Positions 10,105 to 20,568 of a DNA stretch of 64,000 nt are shown here, piece by piece. Source of the stretch: an uncultured archaeon (GTDB lineage: Archaea > Asgardarchaeota > Lokiarchaeia > Sigyniarchaeales > SOKP01). Positions within the stretch are counted from its first letter, which is position 1; the number at the start of each line of letters is the position of its first letter. The position numbers were made by a program, and so were the translations under genes. The notes below the pieces were generated by a model. It did no database searches, was not told the origin of the DNA, and saw only the letters and a list, made by a program, of their open reading frames with translations. The stretch is from NCBI GenBank assembly GCA_964525635.1, contig CAZGJX010000003.1, positions 39,465 through 103,464 of the forward strand, written 5' to 3'.

Positions 10105-12309
10105 ATGAATCATATTAAGAACGATCTAATAGAAAATTGTATTTTACATGGTAAATTTCATGAAGCACTTAATAGTCTTAACTCAATTGAAAGAAGAAGA
10201 GTTTTATCTGATAATGAGTTGCTAATGAAAAAATTAACTAAGATTTATATTTGTATTGATAAAGGAGATTTTAAGAAAGGTAGATCAATTGCTGATGAGA
10301 TGATTAAGCTTTCACAAGAAAAAAATAATATATTGAGGGAGATTGATGGCCTTATCGGTAAGGTTGAAAATATGCTTTGTTTAGTTTTATATAATGATGC
10401 GCTTCAATTATTAAAAAAAGCAGAATCGATATTAATTAAAGCTCAAAATATATCAATAAAAGAATTTAAACGGAAAAAAGCATATATAATCTATCTTAAA
10501 GGAAGAATTTGTCAAGATACCCATAAAATCAATGAAGGAATAAATTATTTTAAGGAAAGTCTTAAAATAAGAAAAGATATAAATGATAGGATAGGTATAA
10601 TCTGGACTTTATTAAATCTAGGTATATTAACCGTAGCTATTGGAGAATTTCAAAATGCAGAAAAATATATTACCAAAAGTTTAAATCTTGCTGAAGAATT
10701 CAATATTGAGGCTGCAATTATTTGGAGTTTGATTCATTTAGGGTGGATTAAATATCACAGAAGAGAACTAGATCTTCTAATGGTTTATGCCCAAAAATGT
10801 CTTTTGATTTGTAAATCACAAAATTTTAAGTATTCATTAGCTTATTGTTATGATCTTATTGGACATTATCACCTCATTAAAGGAAATTTAAATGACGCTT
10901 TACATAATTTTGAAATAAGTTTAAATTTAAGATTAGAAGAAGGATATAGATATTCATTACCACAATCGTATTATAGTATTGGAGAAGTATATAGTCAGAA
11001 AGGTGAACTTAGAGAGAGTTTAAAATATTATCACAAAATTATAGATATTCCCTTAATTGATGAGAAAGAATTCTTTACACCAGTTTATTTAAGTACAATG
11101 GGTAAAATCTATGGTGAACTCGGTGATTTTCCTAAAGCTAAAAAATATTTATCATCTGCTTTAGACTTATTTAAAAAAAACAAAATGTTAACCATTCACT
11201 TCCAAAATTTCACTATGTCAATTGCTAAAACTTATCATTTTTTAATTGTTCTTTCAATACGGAATAATGAACTCGAGAATATAAATAATTACTTAGAGGA
11301 TTTACATCAAATAAGTCAGGAGCACCCAAATCTTAAATATATTAGCCAAATATATAAATTAGATAAAGCTATAATATTAAAAATAAGTAATCGTGTTAAA
11401 ATTCGAATGAAAGCAGCCAATATTTTTAAAAAACTTTCTGAAGAAAAAATAATTGATCATGAAATTACAATTGAATCTATGACAAATTTATGCGAACTTT
11501 TGATATATGAATTAGAATTGACAGGAAATGAGGATATACTTATAGAGATAAAGGATATTTCTAATAAATTACTTAAAATAGCAGAAGCGCAGTATCTATA
11601 TAATTTAATGGTCGAAATATATTTATTTAAAGCTAAAATATCATTATTAGAGTTAGATCTTAATAAGGTACATGATTTTCTATCAAAAGGTCAAAGAATA
11701 GCATTGAATTTTGATTTAAAATTATTATTAAAAAGAATTTCCAGTGAATATGATTCATTACTAGTTAATAAAGATAAATGGGAGGAAATGATTAAAAAGC
11801 AAATCCCATTACAAAAGCGAGTGAATTATTCAAGATATGAATTTTTATTTTCTAGTATGGTTCGAACTAAAATCAAAAAGTCAATAGAACTTCCAGAATT
11901 GCCTTATTATTTTATAACTCTCAGTAATATCGATGGATACTGTTTATATGAGAAGAATCTCCAAGAGAAATTAAATATAGAGGGAGATTTTATAGCAGGA
12001 TTTATTTCAACTATAAATCTATTTGGTAAAGAAGCTTTCTCTTCCTTAGATTCAATTAACCGAATTAAACATGGAGATTTTTTTATAATTCTACAGTCTA
12101 AGGAAAATTTTTTATTTGGTTATGTATTTAAAGGTCAATCTTATTCTGCAATAACTAAATTAGATCTTTTCATTAAAAAATTAACAGAATTTAATGATAT
12201 ATTCAAAAAATTGTATTATTCTTTACAGAGCCATCTTGAATTATCAGAAGAAACTAAAATATCAATAGATAATTTAGTTAATGAGATTTTTATACAAGAT
12301 AATAAATAG
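10105..12309 (+). CDS. TPR-repeat protein with a C-terminal longin/roadblock-like alpha/beta domain
   Basis: Shows repeated 34-aa TPR-like periodicity (..AYIIYLKGRI..,..LLNLGIL..,..YDLIGHYHL..). The C-terminal 140 aa follow a beta-beta-alpha-beta-beta-alpha pattern (YFITLSNIDGYCLYEKN..FIAGFISTINLFGKEAF..IKHGDFFIILQ..FLFGYVFKG). Confidence 0.7.
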   Translation: MNHIKNDLIENCILHGKFHEALNSLNSIERRRVLSDNELLMKKLTKIYICIDKGDFKKGRSIADEMIKLSQEKNNILREIDGLIGKVENMLCLVLYNDALQLLKKAESILIKAQNISIKEFKRKKAYIIYLKGRICQDTHKINEGINYFKESLKIRKDINDRIGIIWTLLNLGILTVAIGEFQNAEKYITKSLNLAEEFNIEAAIIWSLIHLGWIKYHRRELDLLMVYAQKCLLICKSQNFKYSLAYCYDLIGHYHLIKGNLNDALHNFEISLNLRLEEGYRYSLPQSYYSIGEVYSQKGELRESLKYYHKIIDIPLIDEKEFFTPVYLSTMGKIYGELGDFPKAKKYLSSALDLFKKNKMLTIHFQNFTMSIAKTYHFLIVLSIRNNELENINNYLEDLHQISQEHPNLKYISQIYKLDKAIILKISNRVKIRMKAANIFKKLSEEKIIDHEITIESMTNLCELLIYELELTGNEDILIEIKDISNKLLKIAEAQYLYNLMVEIYLFKAKISLLELDLNKVHDFLSKGQRIALNFDLKLLLKRISSEYDSLLVNKDKWEEMIKKQIPLQKRVNYSRYEFLFSSMVRTKIKKSIELPELPYYFITLSNIDGYCLYEKNLQEKLNIEGDFIAGFISTINLFGKEAFSSLDSINRIKHGDFFIILQSKENFLFGYVFKGQSYSAITKLDLFIKKLTEFNDIFKKLYYSLQSHLELSEETKISIDNLVNEIFIQDNK

Positions 12310-12481
12310 AACTTCTTTGATTATATATTGAAGCAGTAATTTTGTATATATTTTTTAAGACTATATCTTTGTAGGGAATATAAAACTGAAAAAAAAAGAT
12401 TCAAAATTATTTGTTATAAAAAAATATATTTTACTAATGATAATTTAATTTTTACAAAACTAATAAACATATAGCTATAAG

Positions 12482-14677
12482 ATGGATGATAATCAGATAG
12501 AAAAGTATATTTCAATTGGAAAATATGAAGATGCACTAAATAACCTCAAGTTAATTGAGAAAGAGAGAATTTTATCAACTGATGAAGATTTATTAAAAAA
12601 ATATGTATTATCTTTTATTTCTCTTGATAAAGGAGATTTTGAGAAAGGAATAAGAATTGCTGATAAACTTATAAAGGAAGCCTATGAAGAAAATAATATT
12701 TTAGGGGAGATTAATGGTATAATTGCAAAGACCGAAAATACTAGTACCTTAGGGCTATTTAAAGAATCGCTTAAATTAATAGAGGAGGGCGAATTAATCC
12801 TTAAAAATTGTAAAAATATTTTCCCAGTTGTTAAAAAACAAAAACAAGCTTATCTAATTTATTTAAAAGGAAGAATATATCGAGATACTCATTATATTTT
12901 TGATGCAATAAAATTTTTAAAAAAAAGTTATAAATTAAGAAAAGAAATAAATGATAAAGTTGGAATGATGTGGTCTTTATTAAATTTGGCCTCCATCATT
13001 AATGTTAATGGTAATTTTAAAAGTGCAGAAAGATATTTTAATGAAAGTCTAACAATAGCAGAAGAATTAAATATTGAGGAGGGAATAACATGGAATTTAA
13101 TTTATTTTGGTTGGTTAAAGTATCATCAAAGAGATCTAACTAAAGCAATTTCTTATGCTAAAAGATGTCTCTCTATTTGTGAACCAAAAAATTATAATTA
13201 TCCAAATACAAGATGTTATGATCTTATCGGACATTGTTATCTTTTAAAAGGAAAATTAAACACAGCTTTACTTTATTTTGAGAAAAGCCTGAATATAAGA
13301 GAAATTGAAGGATATAAACAGATGCTACCAGTATCATATTATTCTATTGGATTAGTTTATTGCCAGAAAGGAGAATTTAAACGAAGTTTAAGTTATTATG
13401 AAAAAACTTTAGAATTATTAGATCTTGAAGTAAGAGAACTGGTAATACCTGTGTATTTAAACGCAATTGGTAAGGTTTATGGTGAAATAAATAATTTCCA
13501 AGCTGCAAAAGAACATTTACTAGAAGCTTTAAATATATTAGAAAAGAATGAAATACCATTGTTTCAATTTTTAAACTTTAACGTCTCTATTACATCTACA
13601 TTACATAATTTAATTTTACTCTCCGTGAATAATAATGATCTTAAGAATGTTAAAAATTACTTAGAAAAAATACATAAAATAAGTATGGATAATCCGGATA
13701 TTAAGCAATTTGATCATCTTTATCATTTAGATAAAGCTATAATTTTAAAATCAAAAAATCGTTTAATGGATAAGATGGAAGCAGTAAATATTCTTGAAAA
13801 TATAATAAAAGAAGAAATTATAGATCATGAAATAACAGTAGAGGCTATGAAAAATTTATGCGAAATTTTATTATATGAATTAGAATTATCGGGAGATAAA
13901 GATATTCTACGAGAAATAGAGGCCCTTTCAGAAAGATTACTTGAAATTAGTAGATCAGAATATTTATATGATTTATTAGCTGAAACTTATTTCTTTAAAG
14001 CAAAAATATCCTTATTAAATTTAGAGACTCAAAAAGCACGTTTATTATTAACAAAAGCACAGAATATTGCAAATGAGCATGATTTAATAAGATTAGCATC
14101 CAAGATATCAAATGAGCACGATTCGCTTTTAAAAAATCTTGATGAATGGGAAATAAAAATTAAACAATCTGAATCTTTAAAGGATATATTGCATAATAAA
14201 AAAGATGATTTTCTTTTTATAAAAAAAGACTTATCCGATAATAATAAAGAATCAAAGAATTATGATATTCCTGTCTATTTCATTATTATTAATAATATAA
14301 ATGCTGAATATTTATATAATAAAGCATTTCAAAATATTAATATTGATAATGCGAGCCTTATAGCAGGATATATATCAGCAATTAATATATTTGGGAAAGA
14401 AACCTTTTCATCCTCAGGTACGATCTCTCGAATTAAACATGGAGAATATCTAACAATTCTTCAATTAAAGAAGGAATTTTTATTTGGATATGTCTATAAA
14501 GGATATTCTTATTCCGCTATCTCTAAATTAAATAACTTTATTCAATCTTTGAGTAAAGCAACGAATGATCTTGAAAATATTACTATAGATTTTGAAAAAT
14601 ATCTTAAACTTCCAGAAGGTATAAGTATAACAATTAATAATTTAGTAAATGAAATTTTCTTGGAAAACAAAAATTGA
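12482..14677 (+). CDS. TPR-repeat protein with a C-terminal longin/roadblock-like domain (tandem paralog of 10105-12309)
   Basis: It is collinear with the upstream paralog over its full length. It has the same C-terminal core (LIAGYISAINIFGKETFSS..IKHGEYLTILQ..FLFGYVYKG) and the same terminal I.I.NLVNEIF motif. Confidence 0.7.
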   Translation: MDDNQIEKYISIGKYEDALNNLKLIEKERILSTDEDLLKKYVLSFISLDKGDFEKGIRIADKLIKEAYEENNILGEINGIIAKTENTSTLGLFKESLKLIEEGELILKNCKNIFPVVKKQKQAYLIYLKGRIYRDTHYIFDAIKFLKKSYKLRKEINDKVGMMWSLLNLASIINVNGNFKSAERYFNESLTIAEELNIEEGITWNLIYFGWLKYHQRDLTKAISYAKRCLSICEPKNYNYPNTRCYDLIGHCYLLKGKLNTALLYFEKSLNIREIEGYKQMLPVSYYSIGLVYCQKGEFKRSLSYYEKTLELLDLEVRELVIPVYLNAIGKVYGEINNFQAAKEHLLEALNILEKNEIPLFQFLNFNVSITSTLHNLILLSVNNNDLKNVKNYLEKIHKISMDNPDIKQFDHLYHLDKAIILKSKNRLMDKMEAVNILENIIKEEIIDHEITVEAMKNLCEILLYELELSGDKDILREIEALSERLLEISRSEYLYDLLAETYFFKAKISLLNLETQKARLLLTKAQNIANEHDLIRLASKISNEHDSLLKNLDEWEIKIKQSESLKDILHNKKDDFLFIKKDLSDNNKESKNYDIPVYFIIINNINAEYLYNKAFQNINIDNASLIAGYISAINIFGKETFSSSGTISRIKHGEYLTILQLKKEFLFGYVYKGYSYSAISKLNNFIQSLSKATNDLENITIDFEKYLKLPEGISITINNLVNEIFLENKN

Positions 14678-14689
14678 ACTTATAGTTAA

Positions 14690-14697
14690 TTTTTTTT
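14690..14697 (+). terminator. oligo-T tract (T8) 13 nt after the stop of the TPR paralog
   Basis: Oligo-T tracts act as archaeal intrinsic terminators. Specificity is low in a genome this AT-rich. Confidence 0.25.
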
Positions 14698-14842
14698 GAT
14701 ACTTTTCAGATTTTTTATCAAATAGTTTGACTGAATAAAACTATTTTATAATAAAATGAGGACAATTTCAATTCCAAAAGAGAATATTAAAAGATTTTAA
14801 ACATTTATGAATATAACTTTATTATTATAATATTGAATTAAA

Positions 14843-15231
14843 ATGGTACAAGTAAAAATTTATGGTCTAAAAGTTGAATTAACTAAAATTATTGATAAAT
14901 TATCAAACACAATTCATTCCTGCATTATTGAAATTTTAGGATTACCAAAGGAAAAGAGATTTCATCGTTTTTTTTTATTAAAAAAAGAAGAATTTTACTA
15001 CCCATCTAATCGTTCAAATAACTATAAATAATAGAAATTATTATGTTTGAAGGAAGATCTATAAAAATAAAGAAGGATTTAATCAAATCACTTTATAAAG
15101 CAATTGGGGAGAAGTTATTTATTTCATCAAAAGATATTGAAATTGTAATCTTGGAAAGTCCCAAATATAATTGGGGTATTAAAGGTCTATCTGGAGATGA
15201 ATTATCATTAAATTATAAAACAGATATTTAA
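14843..15231 (+). pseudogene. tautomerase-family (long, Tautomerase_2-like) gene split by a 1-nt frameshift
   Basis: ORF1 reads MVQVKIYGL..IHSCIIE..LPKEKRFHRFF..EEFYYPSNRSNNYK*. The second frame continues IIEIIMFEGRS..KKDLIKSLY..ESPKYNWGIKGLSGDELSLNYK. Together these form one collinear family pattern, with the frame changing at about 15026-15028. Confidence 0.65.
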
Positions 15232-15242
15232 TATATATAATT

Positions 15243-15758
15243 ATGATTAATATTAATGAAGCAGATGTAAATGATGCAGAGGAAATATTGGATTTACAGA
15301 AAGAAGCTTATATAAGTGAAGCTGAAATATATAATGATTATACAATTTCCCCACTCCATCAAACATTAGAAGAAATAAAACATGACTTTTCATATAAAAA
15401 ATTTGTCAAACTAATAATCAATAGAAAGATTATTGGCTCTATTAGAGGATTTAATAAGAATGACACTTGTTATATAGAAAGAATAATCGTTCAACCTAAT
15501 TATCAGAATCAGGGTCTTGGAAAAAAGTTATTAAGAAAGTTAGAGAAAATATTTGATAAATCAAAAAGATATGAGCTTTATTCTGGATATAAGAGCGAAA
15601 AAAATTTGTATTTTTATAAAAAGAATGGATATAGACCATTTAAAGAAGAAATATTGAATGAAAATGTAAAACTTATCTTTTTAGAAAAATATAAACAAAA
15701 GAATAATATTAATATTCAATTTGATTTCTCTAAATCTTGGATTAGCAATAATTTATGA
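15243..15758 (+). CDS. GNAT family N-acetyltransferase
   Basis: Has motif A, IIVQPNYQNQGLGKKLLRKLE, and is 171 aa long. Confidence 0.8.
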   Translation: MININEADVNDAEEILDLQKEAYISEAEIYNDYTISPLHQTLEEIKHDFSYKKFVKLIINRKIIGSIRGFNKNDTCYIERIIVQPNYQNQGLGKKLLRKLEKIFDKSKRYELYSGYKSEKNLYFYKKNGYRPFKEEILNENVKLIFLEKYKQKNNINIQFDFSKSWISNNL

Positions 15759-15999
15759 AAAGAATAAATTAATCTATAAATTTAAAAAAGGGGAATATAT
15801 TGAATCAAATAGGACTGTTTAAAAAAAAAATGATTTTAAAGAAAATTTGTTTACTCCCCTATAAAGAAATATAAATAAAAGACAAATAATCATCATAAAA
15901 TAGATTTATAAAAGAATACTTCTTTATAAATTAATCAAGCAATATATCTACTCTAAAGGTTATTTGTAATAGAGAAAAAAATAAAAAAATCATTGAGAT

Positions 16000-17502
16000 A
16001 TGTCAGATTACTTAAAGAATAAAAGTTTTTTGGATTTTATTTTAAAAGAATCAAATGAAAAGTATAATTTCATACTTCAGAATACAAATGATTTGATTCA
16101 AATTCTCAATGATAAATTTAAAATTGATTATATAAATGACCAAGCTCATTTTAAAACAATAGGATATTCTAGCGAAGATTTAATTGGAAATAACTTAGGA
16201 GAACTCATTCATCCAAATGAGTCCAAGGACGTCAGACTTTTCTTAGAAAACCTTCTAAAAAATGGTGAAACAGAACGTGAAGGAAGATTAAAACATAAAA
16301 ATGGGAATTGGATTTGGTTTAATATAAGAGGAAAAAAAATTTTAGATCTAAATGATGAGATAAAATATTTGATAATTTCGAGAGAAATCTCAAAAGAAAA
16401 AAAAGTAGAAGAAGAGTTAAAAACTTCTGAAGAGAAATATCGTCTTATAACAGAAAATGCAAATGATTTAATTGATATTATTGATAAAGATTTTAAAATT
16501 GAATATATCAATGAAGAAGTCCATAAAAAAATACTAGGTTATTCAAAAAAAGATTTAATTGGAAAATTAGCTATTAATTTTGTCCATCCAGATGATTTTT
16601 TAACTGCTATGAAATCTTTAAAAAGAGGAATTAAGCAAGGTGAGGGAGAAGCAGAAATAAGATTTAAACATAAAAATGGAAATTGGGTATGGTTAGAAAT
16701 TAGAGGGAGAATATTTATAGATATTAATGGTAAGGAGAAAGGATTATTAATTTCTAGAGATGAAACAAAAAGAAAAGAAGCTGAAGAAAAATTAAAAAAG
16801 ACATTAGAAGAATTAAAACGTTCTAATGCGGATTTAGAGCAATTTGCTTATATTGCTTCACATGATCTTCAGGAACCTCTCCGTATGGTGGCTAGCTTTA
16901 CACAATTATTGGGCAAACGTTATAAAGATAAATTAGATTCAGACGCAAATGATTTTATTAATTTCGCAGTAGATGGTGCTAAACGAATGCAAGAATTGAT
17001 AAATGATTTATTAACCTATTCAAAAGTAAGAACACATGGGCAACCCTTTGAGGAAGTTGATTTAAATAAGATCCTGAAAGATGTTCTAAAGAATTTAAAA
17101 TTTTCTATTGATGATTCAGATACTATATTTACCTATGATCCTTTACCTGTAATAATGGGTGATAGCTTACAGATCTCTCAATTATTTCAAAATTTAATTT
17201 CAAATGCAATAAAATTTAATGATAAAGAACAACCTATGGTTAGTATATCTATAAAAACAAAAAAAAAAGATTGGGTTTTTTCTATTCGTGATAATGGAAT
17301 TGGAATAGATCCTAAATATTATGATACCATATTTAAAATCTTTAAAAGATTGCATAGTAGAAAAGATTATCCAGGATCAGGAATAGGACTATCGATATGC
17401 AAGAAAATAATTAAACGTCATGCGGGAGAGATTTGGGTTGAATCAGAAGAAGGAAGAGGTTCAGTATTTTATTTTTCAATTCCAAAAATTAAAATTAGAT
17501 AA
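16000..17502 (+). CDS. sensor histidine kinase with two PAS domains
   Basis: Two PAS-like repeats (..RLKHKNGNWIWF.. and ..RFKHKNGNWVWLE..) are followed by H-box ASHDLQEPLRMV, N-box ISNAIKF, DNGIGI and GSGIGLSICKKI. Confidence 0.9.
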   Translation: MSDYLKNKSFLDFILKESNEKYNFILQNTNDLIQILNDKFKIDYINDQAHFKTIGYSSEDLIGNNLGELIHPNESKDVRLFLENLLKNGETEREGRLKHKNGNWIWFNIRGKKILDLNDEIKYLIISREISKEKKVEEELKTSEEKYRLITENANDLIDIIDKDFKIEYINEEVHKKILGYSKKDLIGKLAINFVHPDDFLTAMKSLKRGIKQGEGEAEIRFKHKNGNWVWLEIRGRIFIDINGKEKGLLISRDETKRKEAEEKLKKTLEELKRSNADLEQFAYIASHDLQEPLRMVASFTQLLGKRYKDKLDSDANDFINFAVDGAKRMQELINDLLTYSKVRTHGQPFEEVDLNKILKDVLKNLKFSIDDSDTIFTYDPLPVIMGDSLQISQLFQNLISNAIKFNDKEQPMVSISIKTKKKDWVFSIRDNGIGIDPKYYDTIFKIFKRLHSRKDYPGSGIGLSICKKIIKRHAGEIWVESEEGRGSVFYFSIPKIKIR

Positions 17503-17594
17503 TTTTATTTTATACTAAATTTAAAAAGTGTGGAAAAAAATAATAGAATGGATAAAATAAATATAATTCTATTATAAAAAAAAAATGAGATAAA

Positions 17595-18032
17595 ATGACT
17601 GTTATTAATATTTTATTAGTTGAAGATAATCCTGGTGATGTTAGGTTATTTAAAGAATCATTTAAAGAAAGTGAAATTGAAAATAAACTTCATGTGGTTG
17701 GAGATGGAGTTGAGGCGATGTCATTTTTAAAGAAAGAGGGGAAGTATATAGATAGCCCACGTCCTAACCTTATCCTCTTAGATATTCGAATGCCAAAAAA
17801 AAATGGATATGAAGTCCTTGATGATATTAGAAAAGAAGAATCATTAAGTAATATTCCAGTTGTAATTCTTACTGCTACAGAAGTAAAAGATGAAAGTATT
17901 AAGAATTACTCGAGTGATGTAATTTGTTTTCTTAAAAAACCAGAGAGTATGGATCAATTTATATTAGGTGTACAATCAATCTTCCGCTTTTTATTTTTAT
18001 CAAATACATTTAATAAAGATAAAGAGAAATAG
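17595..18032 (+). CDS. single-domain response regulator (CheY-like receiver)
   Basis: Has ILLVEDNPGD, LILLDIRMPKKNG, VVILTA and FLKKP. Confidence 0.9.
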   Translation: MTVINILLVEDNPGDVRLFKESFKESEIENKLHVVGDGVEAMSFLKKEGKYIDSPRPNLILLDIRMPKKNGYEVLDDIRKEESLSNIPVVILTATEVKDESIKNYSSDVICFLKKPESMDQFILGVQSIFRFLFLSNTFNKDKEK

Positions 18033-18065
18033 ATATAACTATAATTTAAGAAAAAAATCAATAAA

Positions 18066-18506
18066 ATGAATAAAATTGAGATTTTATTAGTTGAAGATAA
18101 TTCAGGAGATATTCGTTTAATAAAAGAAGCATTTAAAGAAACTAAAATCCCAAATAAACTTCATGTGGTGGGAGATGGTTTAGAAGCTATTTCATTTTTA
18201 AGAAATGAAGGTAAATATATGGATGAACAACAACCAGACCTCATTATATTAGATTTAAATTTACCTAAAAAAGATGGATATGAAGTTTTAACCACAATTA
18301 AACAGGATAAATCTTTAAAAAAAATACCTGTTTTAATTCTCTCCGTGTCAGCAGCAGAAGAAGATATAAAGAAATCTTATGAATGTCATGCAAATTGTTT
18401 TATTAAAAAACCAGTTGATATGGATCAATTTATTGATATTATAAAAAGCATTGGTAATTTTTGGTTTGAAATTGTTAAACTACCACCAAAAGAACATATA
18501 AAATAA
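18066..18506 (+). CDS. single-domain response regulator (CheY-like receiver), paralog of 17595-18032
   Basis: Has ILLVEDNSGD, LIILDLNLPKKDG, VLILSVS and FIKKP. It shares long identical nucleotide runs with the upstream paralog. Confidence 0.9.
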   Translation: MNKIEILLVEDNSGDIRLIKEAFKETKIPNKLHVVGDGLEAISFLRNEGKYMDEQQPDLIILDLNLPKKDGYEVLTTIKQDKSLKKIPVLILSVSAAEEDIKKSYECHANCFIKKPVDMDQFIDIIKSIGNFWFEIVKLPPKEHIK

Positions 18507-18540
18507 AAGAATAAAAAAAAATAAAATTAAGAAATAGAAA

Positions 18541-19413
18541 TTAATTATTTCTAGAGAGATCTAATTCCCCGTTTAACGCCTCAGATATTCCAAACCTTTT
18601 TGCCCAATTTTGAATGAATTTTCTCCTTTTGTTAAACGTCATATCTAAAGCAATTATTCCTAAGACCATCATAAAAGCAATAAATATAGGCATAAATGGC
18701 CAAATTATATAAATTAACAGATTAGCTGCACCTCCATCTGATTCAATTGATAACAAGTGTGTATAGAAAGTATAAAAAGAGATAATAACTGCAACTCCAG
18801 CATAGCCCTTCATAAGATATATATACCACCCACCAACACTTCTAATTTCAATTGGATCAGAACGATCTCTTACTTTTTTCTTATTAGTATAAACAATTCC
18901 AGCATCCAACAAGAACCAAGTGGGAGAAAATATAGCCATAGAAACTCCCGTTATTAAAGGGAGTATTACCGAAAATGCAAGCATTTGTGCCATAGATGTT
19001 TCGGGTTCACGAAGGGTTATTTCTTGAATAGTTGAATTAGCACTAAAAACTAAACATAAATTAACTGTCAATAATGCAGGAAATAATGCTTTAAAAAAAA
19101 CTCCTTTAATTTTATTACTTTGAGCTCTATTTTGAAATCCGTATATCATCTTTCGGCCAATTGTTTTTTTATGAACAAATAAAAAGAATGGTCCAAGAAT
19201 ATAGCCACCAACTATAGCTCCAACTATACTCCCAATAATTGTAAAAATTAAAATCCATAAAGATTGAGTTCCTTGTGTAGGAACAGGAATAACTTTTGCA
19301 TAACCTTTATCTCCCCTACCTACAACATACAATGTTATAAAAATAAAAACCATCATTAAACCAATTATTATCAAATAAGGAGTTAAGATTTTCTTGTATT
19401 TTTCTATTGTCAT
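18541..19413 (-). CDS. polytopic membrane protein, unknown function
   Basis: A 290-aa ORF with several long hydrophobic segments and no catalytic motif that I recognise. Confidence 0.5.
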   Translation of the reverse strand: MTIEKYKKILTPYLIIIGLMMVFIFITLYVVGRGDKGYAKVIPVPTQGTQSLWILIFTIIGSIVGAIVGGYILGPFFLFVHKKTIGRKMIYGFQNRAQSNKIKGVFFKALFPALLTVNLCLVFSANSTIQEITLREPETSMAQMLAFSVILPLITGVSMAIFSPTWFLLDAGIVYTNKKKVRDRSDPIEIRSVGGWYIYLMKGYAGVAVIISFYTFYTHLLSIESDGGAANLLIYIIWPFMPIFIAFMMVLGIIALDMTFNKRRKFIQNWAKRFGISEALNGELDLSRNN

Positions 19414-19729
19414 TTTTTAAGAGAATTAATTATAAATTTTTGTTATAATAATTATCAACTCCATATTTTTAACTTATTTATATTCAAATGCTTAAATTTA
19501 AAAATAAAAAGAAAATATTTTTAAAAAACTGAATTTTCATCTTGAACTAATAATATGTTTATCCTCTGAATATAATAATATTAGAAGTTATATTACTTAT
19601 TTTTGGGATTAGCTAATCTATTTTTTTTCTCATTATAATATAAAATATAGTTTTTTCCCAATATTTTTTCTAATTGGGAATGGAATTGGGAATTTTTTTT
19701 TTAATCCATCTCATTCCATGTTTGATTGT

Positions 19730-20530
19730 CTAAATCAATCTTTTTTCCACTCTGTTTAGTCCTATTTCAGTTGCTAGTTCATCATGAACTCTAATATTTG
19801 CTTCTTTAATCCAAGTTTGCATTAGATCGATTATTTTCTGTGACATATATTTTGATAAGTCCTTAATATTATTTCCCACAGATTTTCTCACAGATATTGA
19901 TGGATCACTATTTAATTTAGTTAAAATATCTAAGATCTTATCATTTTGATTTGAATCTCTTAACCATTTGATTTCTGCTTTTGGTCTTAAGGATTCAGCA
20001 ACAAACCGTCTCAAATTCTGATTTTTATCATTAATCCAATTTGTTAGAACCAATAAAACATCATCAGGTTTTTTTTTTAATCCAGATAAGACACAAAAGC
20101 AGATACTCTCTCTAACAGTCCAATCATTATGATCAGCATATATTTTTATAAAGGGTACAATATCCTCAAAATTATCAGGAAAATTATAGATATATTCTGA
20201 TAAAATAAGTAAAGCAAATTGTTGTATAGATCTATTATTATAGGTTTCTCCCTATTTAAATGCTTTTTCTGATAATTCTATATAGTACTCCTTATCTATA
20301 TTGATTATTTTTTTTAAATAATTCATTATCTCTTTTGAAACATATGTAGAGATATAAGAACTCCCCTTGCCTATTCTCTCATTTTCAGGAATAATATTAT
20401 ATTCATTTTTGAGAAATAGATTCATTTTATTAAGTAATAAATTATTTTTATCGATCTTCCAACTCTTAATTCTTTTACAAAATTCTAATGTGCATTGCCT
20501 GATTAAATTTGAAGAACTTATTGATACCAT
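19730..20530 (-). pseudogene. DNA alkylation repair (AlkD-like HEAT-repeat) family gene interrupted by one in-frame TAG
   Basis: A single reading frame of 267 codons runs from 20530 to 19730 with TAG at 20252-20254. The C-terminal half reads ..WTVRESI..WINDKNQNLRRFVAESLRP..DPSISVRKSVGNNIKDLSK.., typical of the family. Confidence 0.6.
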
Positions 20531-20568
20531 TTTTCTTAATAAATAAATAATTTTTTCAAGTGATTATT

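Noticed and set aside
19657-19702. Short hairpin (CCCAAT..ATTGGG) followed by a T-run as a terminator
   Set aside because: The stem is only 6 bp in an AT-rich spacer. The T-run is on the plus strand, where no gene ends, and on the minus strand the run reads as A's.
20252-20254. In-frame TAG read as pyrrolysine
   Set aside because: No pyl genes or methylamine methyltransferases are visible in the window. The neighbouring ABC ATPase carries TAA, TAG and TGA together, so simple nonsense decay is more parsimonious. It is kept only as a low-priority check.
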